From contig JAPLWK010000010.1 of the NCBI GenBank assembly GCA_026396615.1, forward strand, positions 48,348 through 112,347: a stretch of DNA of 64,000 nucleotides, in the 5' to 3' direction. The position numbers were made by a program, and so were the translations under genes. Of this stretch, positions 57,698 to 64,000 are shown piece after piece (within the stretch, counting starts at the first letter, position 1; each line of letters starts with the position of its first letter). The notes below the pieces were generated by a model. The model saw only the letters and a program-made list of their open reading frames with translations. It was not told where the DNA came from and ran no database searches. Origin of the DNA: a candidate division WWE3 bacterium (GTDB taxonomy: Bacteria > Patescibacteriota > WWE3 > JAPLWK01).

Positions 57698-58982
57698 AAT
57701 TTTACTTTTCTTAGTAGTCTTCACGGTTCCTTTGGGGCAATTGGGAAAGTTGCCTTTTGTAGATCCAACAATCGGGTTATATTTTTCTGATTTATTTTTA
57801 GGACTGTTTATCATCGTTACGGCTTTCTTTCTTTTAGTCGTTGACCGACGCCTCAAGATTAATTTACCGATTATTTTAGCTTTCATTTTTGCTGGTTGGG
57901 CATTGGTTACCTTGCTACTTGGCGGGCAGGGACTGCCGGTGCCACAACTTTTGGTAAGTTTTTTTTACTGGGTGCGGCTAGTGGCGATTTTCCTATTTTT
58001 TTGGATTATTTACACTCTTAAGCAAACACACCCGGAAGTGATTAAAAATTTAGAGTGGTGGCTGATTGGTAGCGGAGTGTTACTCGCAGCTGCTGGATTT
58101 GTGCAGTTAATTGCCTTTCCAGATTTTGGTAAATTGCATCCAGCTTTGGGTTGGGACCCGCATTACTATCGATTGAATAGTACCTTCTTTGATCCGAACT
58201 TCACTGGTGGATACCTAGTACTGTGTGTTTCCCTATTGCTGCGAGTAGTAAACAAATTTCGAGAGGAAAAGAACAAACAACAGATAACAAAGAACGCTCA
58301 GCTTCGCTTCGCTATCAATTTTCGTGGCGGAAATTGTAACAAGTCGATTGCTGTTTGTTATTTGTTATTTGTTATTTTATTAATCGCCATCTTTCTCACT
58401 TTCTCCCGTAGCGCGTGGTTGATGCTGGCGATTTTAGTTTTTATTTACGGAGCGTTTAAGGTGCGTTGGCTTCTCTTCGTGGCCTTAGTTATCATATTTG
58501 GGGCGTACTTCGCTGTCCCTCGGGTTCAAACGAGGCTTGCGGGTATTACCGATCCGGCGGATTCGGCTAGCTTTCGCCTACAATCGTGGCAACAGGGTTT
58601 ACAGTTGTCCTCTAAGAATTTAATCACCGGAGTTGGCTTTAATACGCTGCGTTACGCCAAAGACGCCTCGGAGTTTTATGATTACCGGGAAGCGGCCGGT
58701 GTCCATAGCGGGGCAGGGTTTGATTCAAGTATTCTGGTGGTTTTAGCTACGACTGGAATTCCGGGGCTGTTGCTGTTCCTGGGTTTTTTGGGATCGTGTT
58801 TGATAGGTATGATAAGTAGAATAGGTAAAATAGGTACGATAGGTGCGGAAAGTTTTTTAGTTAATCTATCGGTAATCGGAGCACTGCTGGCTTTGCTAAT
58901 AGAATCTAATTTTGTGAATTCGTTGTTTTATGCGCCGATTATGGTTTTGGAATTTGCTATCTTAGGGCTTTGCGTAGACTAG
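57672..58982 (+). CDS. O-antigen ligase/polymerase family (Wzy_C) protein
   Basis: R..STFFDPN..G.YL, LTFSRSAW, SA.FRL.SW, GVGFN, L.TTGI.G. Confidence 0.85.
   Translation: MKIYSKILRILLFLVVFTVPLGQLGKLPFVDPTIGLYFSDLFLGLFIIVTAFFLLVVDRRLKINLPIILAFIFAGWALVTLLLGGQGLPVPQLLVSFFYWVRLVAIFLFFWIIYTLKQTHPEVIKNLEWWLIGSGVLLAAAGFVQLIAFPDFGKLHPALGWDPHYYRLNSTFFDPNFTGGYLVLCVSLLLRVVNKFREEKNKQQITKNAQLRFAINFRGGNCNKSIAVCYLLFVILLIAIFLTFSRSAWLMLAILVFIYGAFKVRWLLFVALVIIFGAYFAVPRVQTRLAGITDPADSASFRLQSWQQGLQLSSKNLITGVGFNTLRYAKDASEFYDYREAAGVHSGAGFDSSILVVLATTGIPGLLLFLGFLGSCLIGMISRIGKIGTIGAESFLVNLSVIGALLALLIESNFVNSLFYAPIMVLEFAILGLCVD
58271..58376 (+). repeat. In-frame foldback insertion: (AACARAT)-like repeats facing (TTTGTTA)n with an internal hairpin
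   Basis: gaacaaacaacagataacaaagaac ... caattttcgtggcggaaattg ... tgtttgttatttgttatttgttatt. Confidence 0.6.
58802..58846 (+). repeat. In-frame 9-mer tandem repeat (RATAGGTAN)x5
   Basis: gataggtat gataagtag aataggtaa aataggtac gataggtgc. Confidence 0.65.
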
Positions 58983-59711
58983 TTTTCGATCAATAATTAC
59001 CTCATTACCGGCTTTATCAACAGCTTTAAATTTAAAGAAATTGTCGCCTTCTTTAAGATTTAAAACAATTGAGAATTTTTTGTCGGCGTCTAAACCGGCT
59101 TGATGGTCGTTGACGTAAACGGTTGCATCCTCGTCAACCGAGCCTTCAGCGGTGTAAAAAGGACTGGGATCAGTAAATTTTTCGCCATCTTTGGGTTTAT
59201 CGATAGTTAACTTGGGAGCGGTTTCGTCAAAAGTCACGGTGTACGATTTAGAAGGACTGCTTTCTTGTTCTTTGCTGTTTTTCACTTTTGCGTATAAAGT
59301 TATGCTGCCAGTGGGGAATTTAATATCTGAAAATAAAAAGTTGCCGCTGCTATCTACTATTGTATCTCCGGACTTCATTTCATTTATATATAATGTGGCT
59401 TTTAAACCGGGATCGCTATAACCTTTAATATTAAAAGATTTTTTGTTTATAAATTCTGGTACATCCGCTAAAGTAGGAGGGGAAGGCAAAGCGTTAAAAC
59501 TGCTACTGGCTGTCGCTTCTTTACCGTTTTGACCTCGTAAAAATCCCCAAAAATTATTAATGTTGGCGGTGGCAATAAAAAACCAGAAGTAAAATAGCCC
59601 AATTAAAAAGACAATGCCACTAAGCATGAGAAAAAGCCTACCTGTTAGCTTTTTATCTTCCATACTCATTTTTGATCTGGATCTGGGGACTACTCGATAA
59701 GAAATCGACAT
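58962..59711 (-). CDS. Membrane-anchored protein with two Ig-like domains
   Basis: One TM; D.SG.F.F..I, D.TAP.L.I..P.DG, L.EGDN...A.DKAGN. Confidence 0.75.
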   Translation of the reverse strand: MSISYRVVPRSRSKMSMEDKKLTGRLFLMLSGIVFLIGLFYFWFFIATANINNFWGFLRGQNGKEATASSSFNALPSPPTLADVPEFINKKSFNIKGYSDPGLKATLYINEMKSGDTIVDSSGNFLFSDIKFPTGSITLYAKVKNSKEQESSPSKSYTVTFDETAPKLTIDKPKDGEKFTDPSPFYTAEGSVDEDATVYVNDHQAGLDADKKFSIVLNLKEGDNFFKFKAVDKAGNEVIIDRKLVYAKP

Positions 59712-59756
59712 AAAGCCATTATATTGTGGATTAAATTGAAGTTGATGTCAAAAACT

Positions 59757-59830
59757 TGGAGCGGGTAACGGGAGTCGGACCCGTCTCTCGTCCTTGGGAA
59801 GGACGCATCTTACCGATGGACGATACCCGC
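59757..59830 (-). tRNA. tRNA-Gly(CCC)
   Basis: GCGGGTA...CGTCC TT-CCC-AA GGACG...ACGGG TCCGACT CCCGT TACCCGC TCCA. Confidence 0.92.
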
Positions 59831-59891
59831 CTACGCGCGGCGCTTCCAACTTCGCTAAAGCTTCGTCGGACAAGTCGGCGGGCAAGCCCGC
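59826..59891. repeat. Nested REP-like palindromes ending in CAAG, flanked by a CCCGC duplication
   Basis: cccgc ctacgcgcggcgct [tccaacttcgctaaagcttcgtcggacaag] tcggcgggcaag cccgc. Confidence 0.6.
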
Positions 59892-59898
59892 TATCGAG

Positions 59899-60411
59899 TT
59901 ATGGAAGCGTCAATACTTGTCCTGGATAGATTAAAGGCTTGCCGAGATCGTTATAGGTAATGTTGTTGGCAATCGCGATTTTCTGCCAATCAAAACCAGA
60001 ACCATATCGTCCCTGGGAAAGTTCCCAAAGCGTGTCTCCAGATTGAACTGTATAAGTATCACCTGAAATGGAGCCGATATCATGAGATAGAGCAACCCAA
60101 TCACTTGTAGAAGCAGACAATGGTTGTGAGGTGCTTGGTTCAGTCGCAATCGCTGGAGTTGGAGTAGTCACATCTGAAGGAGCTGGTTGTAATTCGGCTT
60201 GACTGGCTTCTGGTGTGCTAGCGGATTGGACTTCCGGAGTATTTTCGCCTGAAGTAGTACTTACTTGAGTTGGAGTACTAGGTTTGGCAAAAAAGTTATA
60301 GAGTAAAAATCCGGCGATGATGACTAGAATTCCAGCGGCCACGGTTGCCACCGCGGCTTTTGTTGGCTTTATTTCGAATTCTAGATCGTCTTTTTCGTTA
60401 GTATTGTCCAT
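59899..60411 (-). CDS. Membrane-anchored LysM protein with a Ser/Thr/Pro-rich linker
   Basis: TM, then YTVQSGDTLW..S..YG.G..W..IA.AN...IYPGQVL.LP; start ATG 60411 (the track ORF overlaps the tRNA). Confidence 0.88.
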   Translation of the reverse strand: MDNTNEKDDLEFEIKPTKAAVATVAAGILVIIAGFLLYNFFAKPSTPTQVSTTSGENTPEVQSASTPEASQAELQPAPSDVTTPTPAIATEPSTSQPLSASTSDWVALSHDIGSISGDTYTVQSGDTLWELSQGRYGSGFDWQKIAIANNITYNDLGKPLIYPGQVLTLP

Positions 60412-60421
60412 AAATTTCAAA

Positions 60422-60498
60422 TGGCGGAACCGACGGGACTCGGACCCGCGACCTCTTCCGTGACAGGGAAGCGCTCTAACCAACTGAGCTACGGTTCC
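60422..60498 (-). tRNA. tRNA-Asp(GTC)
   Basis: GGAACCGTAGCTCAGTTGGTTAGAGCG CTTCC CT-GTC-AC GGAAG...GCGGG TCCGAGT CCCGT CGGTTCC GCCA. Confidence 0.95.
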
Positions 60499-60568
60499 AC
60501 GATTTCAACTGAGGTCATAATACTAGCTTATAATGCAGCTGACAATACTTTAAAAAAGTCTAAAATAT

Positions 60569-60656
60569 TGAACTCACATTATGAAAGTGCACTAAGGTAG
60601 TGAGTTCATATAAATGTCACATAGAATCTTAGTGTATTATCAGAATGTGACATTTA
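60569..60656. repeat. Two related stem-loop units in inverted orientation upstream of polX
   Basis: TGAACTCAC-N22-GTGAGTTCA and TAAATGTCACAT-N22-ATGTGACATTTA. Confidence 0.65.
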
Positions 60657-60663
60657 CAGATAT

Positions 60664-62505
60664 ATGACGTCAAATTCCAATCTTCCAAAATTCGATAACT
60701 CCTCAGTCGCAAATCTTCTTAGTAACATTGCAGCTGCCCTTATTGTTTTAAAGGAGGATAAGTTTCGGATTCGGGCTTATGAAAATGCAGCGGAGGCGAT
60801 CGTTAAATCAAGTTCGGAGGTCAAGGATCTTTGGGAAGAGGGGAATTTAACGGCGATTCCCGGTGTTGGTAAAGGCATTGCTGGGGCACTGGACGAGTAT
60901 TTTAAAACTGGAAAAGTAAATGATTTTGAAAAAGTTTTAAGTAAGATGCCAGAGGGAATGTTTGAAATCTTGGGACTGCCGGAAATCGGGCCGGCGACGG
61001 CGTACAAGCTAGCCAAAGAACTCCATATCAAGTCTGTGGAAGATTTAAAAGAGGCGGCAGAGGCGCATAAAATTGCCGAGTTACCGGGATTTGGCCTGGA
61101 ATCAGAAAAAGATATTTTAAAGGCTTTGGAGACGCCGGTTGCCGAGATTTCGCATCGGTACTTATTTCCAGAAGCCGAAGCGATCGCATACAGCTATATA
61201 GATTATTTAAAGACTTGTAAGAGTGTTATCAAAGTTGATCCTTTAGGATCGTTGCGGCGGCGCTCGTCGACCGTTGGTGATATTGATATTTCAGTGGCCA
61301 CTGATAATCCTAAAGAAGTTATTTCTTTTTTCAAAAATTATAACCTGGTCAAAGAGGTCGTGAGTTCTGGCGATGTTAAGTGTACGGTCGTTCTAAAGAC
61401 TAGAGAGCAAGTGGATTTAATGACTCAAAAACCACAGGCTTACGGGTCATTGTTGCAACACTTTACAGGGAGTCAGGCGCATAATGTGGCTCTGCGGACG
61501 TTCGCGAAGGACAAAGGCTGGTCCTTGTCTGAGAATGGCATCAAGAAACAGGGAACAAACCCTTCGACAAGCTCAGGGCAGGTAACAGTGGAAGTGGATA
61601 CCGAGGAGAAATTTTATAAAGAGCTGGGAATGGATTTTATTGTGCCGGAGCTCCGGGAAAATCGGGGCGAAATCGAGGCGGCGCTTAGTCGTAAACTGCC
61701 AAAATTGGTTGAGCTGGTCGACATTAAAGGCGATTTGCATAATCATACGAACTTCATCGAGGGCGAAAATACTTTAGAAGAAATGATTATTAAAGCGAAG
61801 TCGCTTGGTTATAATTATTACGCCTATTGTGATCACGCACCGAGTATCGAAAATAGAGGACTTGATGAGATTACGAAGATTATAGAGGAGAGAAGAGGAA
61901 AAGTGGACGGTTTTAATGCTAAATCTACTAACTTTAAATTGTTTTCGGGACTGGAAATTAATATCACGGCCAAAGCGGAAATGGCATATCCGAATGAACT
62001 CATGTCAAAATTAGATTACGTAATTGCATCGATTCACACTAATTTGACAGCCTCTAAAGAGGAACAAACGAAGCGCTTAATGGCAGCAATTAAAAATCCC
62101 TATGTTTCTATAATTGGGCACCCGACCGGTCGTCTAATTAACGAACGATCTTCGTATGAAGTAAACTGGACAGAAGTCTTTAAATTAGCGGCCACGACTG
62201 GTACAATTATGGAGATCAACGCTCATCCCAGGCGTTTGGATTTGCCGGATGATCTGGTTAAAATGGCGTTATCATACGGGGTTAAGTTTATAATCAGTAG
62301 CGATGCTCATAATGTGACCGGTCAAGATATAATGCATTACGGCATTGATGTGGCGAGGCGAGGTTGGTTGCAGGCTTCCGACGTAGTGAATACTTTGAGT
62401 TACGAAAAACTTGGTGATTATTTGAAAGAGATTCGTAAACGGAAAGCCCATTCGACGGGCTCAGGGCTAGTCTTTCGACAAGCTCAAGACAAGGAGGTGA
62501 ATTAA
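60664..62505 (+). CDS. polX: DNA polymerase X / PHP 3'-5' exonuclease
   Basis: FRIRAY, HhH IPGVG, GSLRR..TVGDID, QHFTGS..HN, GDLHNHT, GHPTGR, EINA.P.RLDL, SDAH. Confidence 0.95.
   Translation: MTSNSNLPKFDNSSVANLLSNIAAALIVLKEDKFRIRAYENAAEAIVKSSSEVKDLWEEGNLTAIPGVGKGIAGALDEYFKTGKVNDFEKVLSKMPEGMFEILGLPEIGPATAYKLAKELHIKSVEDLKEAAEAHKIAELPGFGLESEKDILKALETPVAEISHRYLFPEAEAIAYSYIDYLKTCKSVIKVDPLGSLRRRSSTVGDIDISVATDNPKEVISFFKNYNLVKEVVSSGDVKCTVVLKTREQVDLMTQKPQAYGSLLQHFTGSQAHNVALRTFAKDKGWSLSENGIKKQGTNPSTSSGQVTVEVDTEEKFYKELGMDFIVPELRENRGEIEAALSRKLPKLVELVDIKGDLHNHTNFIEGENTLEEMIIKAKSLGYNYYAYCDHAPSIENRGLDEITKIIEERRGKVDGFNAKSTNFKLFSGLEINITAKAEMAYPNELMSKLDYVIASIHTNLTASKEEQTKRLMAAIKNPYVSIIGHPTGRLINERSSYEVNWTEVFKLAATTGTIMEINAHPRRLDLPDDLVKMALSYGVKFIISSDAHNVTGQDIMHYGIDVARRGWLQASDVVNTLSYEKLGDYLKEIRKRKAHSTGSGLVFRQAQDKEVN
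61560..61582 (+). repeat. REP-like element CCCTTCGACAAGCTCAGGG inserted in frame in polX
   Basis: Encodes PSTSSGQ; two related copies at 62446-62493. Confidence 0.7.
62446..62493 (+). repeat. Two tandem TTCGAC-N-GCTCA REP-like elements in the polX 3' end
   Basis: gcccattcgacgggctcagggc and gtctttcgacaagctcaagacaag. Confidence 0.7.
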
Positions 62506-62509
62506 TTTT

Positions 62510-63061
62510 ATGTCTTTACCAATAATTTTAATCGGACTTTTAGTAATTGTTGGATTATATTTACTATCACTTTACAACGGTTTAGTCAGTTCTAAACTTG
62601 GGGTTGATGAGTCCTGGAGTGGGATTGACGTGCAGCTAAAGCGAAGGTCCTCTTTAATTCCAAATCTAGTCGAGACTGTTAAGGGTTACGCGGCTCACGA
62701 ATCGGGAGTGTTTGAGAAGGTTACGGAAGCAAGATCAGCTTTAATGTCGGCGACAACGCCAAACGATGCCGCAGTTGCTAATAACCAACTGACTGGAGCC
62801 TTAAAGTCGTTATTCGCAGTCGCTGAAGCTTACCCCGAACTAAAAGCCAATGCTAACTTTCAGCAGTTGCAGAATGATTTAAATGATACTGAGGATAAAG
62901 TGGCGTATAGCCGGCAGTTTTATAACAGTAACGTGATGAATTTTAATACTAAGATCAAAGTGTTTCCAGCGGTGCTTATTGCCGGGTCAATGGGATTTAA
63001 AGAGTACGCGTTTTTTAAGGCTGACGATTCTGAGAAGGCTGATATTGCGGTAAAGTTTTAG
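62510..63061 (+). CDS. lemA: LemA family protein
   Basis: YN.LV, W..IDVQLKRR..LIPNLV.TVKGYA.HE, EAYPELKAN.NF, RQFYN. Confidence 0.95.
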   Translation: MSLPIILIGLLVIVGLYLLSLYNGLVSSKLGVDESWSGIDVQLKRRSSLIPNLVETVKGYAAHESGVFEKVTEARSALMSATTPNDAAVANNQLTGALKSLFAVAEAYPELKANANFQQLQNDLNDTEDKVAYSRQFYNSNVMNFNTKIKVFPAVLIAGSMGFKEYAFFKADDSEKADIAVKF

Positions 63062-63064
63062 TTT

Positions 63065-63180
63065 CGTCATTCCGGCCCCGGAGCCGGAATCCAGTAAACG
63101 ATGGATCCAGTTGGTATTTGTGCTTTGATTTTTTTTGGTTTAAATCTGTTACTGGATTCCGGGTCAAGCCCGGAATGACG
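63065..63180. repeat. Inverted REP doublet (REPIN/MITE-like, dRS3/RPE-like units)
   Basis: cgtcattccggccccggagccggaatccagtaa ... ttactggattccgggtcaagcccggaatgacg. Confidence 0.8.
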
Positions 63181-63191
63181 TGTTTTTTTGT

Positions 63192-63485
63192 ATGTTGTCT
63201 GATATTAACGTCAAAAAAATTGCTAAACTAGCCAACCTCAACCTCACTGAGAGTGAGGTTGGTTTGTTTGTTCCACAGCTTTCCAAAGTTATAGATTATG
63301 TAGCTAAACTTTCGACCGTTGATACCAAAAACGTCACAGCGACTTTTAACGTTACGGGACTAGTTAACGTCTGGCGGGATGACGTTGTCACTGATTCACT
63401 GAGTCAAGAAGATGCCCTTAAAAATGCCAAACGGACTGAACGCGGTTATTTTGTGGTTGATCGAGTGGCGGCCGGGGAAGCTTAA
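63192..63485 (+). CDS. gatC: Asp/Glu-tRNA amidotransferase subunit C
   Basis: [25 protein letters not shown]...GYF.V; upstream of gatA. Confidence 0.92.
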   Translation: MLSDINVKKIAKLANLNLTESEVGLFVPQLSKVIDYVAKLSTVDTKNVTATFNVTGLVNVWRDDVVTDSLSQEDALKNAKRTERGYFVVDRVAAGEA

Positions 63486-63486
63486 T

Positions 63487-64000
63487 ATGAATGAACGTAT
63501 AGATAAAATAGACGCTAAAATTCACGCCTTTTTAACCACTGAAAATGTTCCTGATGCGGTCAAAACTGATTCAACAAAGCCACTGGCGGGAAAGACCATG
63601 GGTGTGAAGGGGGTTCTTTCGATGGCTGGGAAACCATCGTGGGCCTCATCAAAAGTTTTAGAAAATTATATGCCCGTTTATTCAGCAACTGTCGTTAAAA
63701 AGTTAGTTGAAGCCGGGGCGATTATTGCCGGGCAAACTAATTGTGATTCGTTTGCCGAAGGGGCGTCGACTGAAAACAGTGGCTTTGGGCCAACGCGAAA
63801 TCCTTGGGATTTATCACGAGTTCCCGGTGGCTCCAGCGGTGGTTCAGCGGCGGCCGTGGTCGCGGGTGAGGTCGATTTTGCCTTAGGGACTGATACTGGT
63901 GGCTCGATTCGTCAGCCAGCATCTTTTTGCAATGTGGTTGGCCTTAAAAATACTTACGGCCGCTGTTCTCGTTATGGGCTGATGGCCATGGGCTCGTCTT
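63487..64000 (+). CDS. gatA: Asp/Glu-tRNA amidotransferase subunit A (3' truncated by window)
   Basis: Own translation: PLAG...[51 protein letters not shown]. Confidence 0.93.
   Translation, partial: MNERIDKIDAKIHAFLTTENVPDAVKTDSTKPLAGKTMGVKGVLSMAGKPSWASSKVLENYMPVYSATVVKKLVEAGAIIAGQTNCDSFAEGASTENSGFGPTRNPWDLSRVPGGSSGGSAAAVVAGEVDFALGTDTGGSIRQPASFCNVVGLKNTYGRCSRYGLMAMGSS

Noticed and set aside
60412-60483. N-terminal extension of the LysM ORF in the ORF track
   Set aside because: It is tRNA-Asp read as codons; the true start is ATG 60411.
1029-63922. Numerous 60-140-aa alternate-frame and antisense ORFs in the track (e.g. 1440..1805, 5916..6332, 40554..40910, 53245..53604)
   Set aside because: They lie within well-supported genes and carry no motifs; they are typical shadow ORFs.
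1-64000. CRISPR array, IS transposase, rRNA, reverse transcriptase/DGR
   Set aside because: I saw no regularly spaced repeats with spacers and no such ORFs or rRNA-like segments.

Overview
This is a bacterial, AT-rich, gene-dense window using the standard code (TGA is a stop, with many ATGA overlaps). Gene content, scarce Shine-Dalgarno sites and the style of small repeats suggest a Patescibacteria/CPR genome (inference only). Positions 1-40.4 kb hold a surface-glycosylation island that is open at the left edge. It carries 16 GT-C-like integral-membrane transferases (PMT_2/ArnT-like, YfhO, DUF2079, GT87), 5 polyprenol-P-sugar-synthase-like GT2s (one broken), 6 GT4/GT-B enzymes and flippases. 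Three fusions stand out: GT87 plus a type IV pilin-like domain, GT-C plus a catalytically dead CapA domain, and GT4 plus an LPG-synthase TM domain. Positions 40.5-53 kb hold a class III RNR with its glycyl-radical domain split into a separate 55-aa gene, nrdG, a DUF4430 protein, ileS (type 2), rplU-rpmA, a frameshifted methyltransferase, an AAA+/DUF4143 protein, lepB, tRNA-Val with an ASCH gene, a NYN RNase facing a promoter-driven ~45-nt small RNA, tgt and rsmG. Positions 53-59 kb hold a second glycan cluster (GT-C, Wzx, GT4, GT2, Wzy_C ligase). Positions 59-64 kb hold an Ig-fold protein, tRNA-Gly, a LysM protein, tRNA-Asp, polX, lemA, gatC and a partial gatA. Many transcription units look leaderless, and several genes carry in-frame palindromic or tandem-repeat insertions. 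The best candidates for new biology are the pilin-linked GT-C glycosylation system and the NYN RNase/small-RNA pair. All family calls come from motif recognition by eye; no searches were run.
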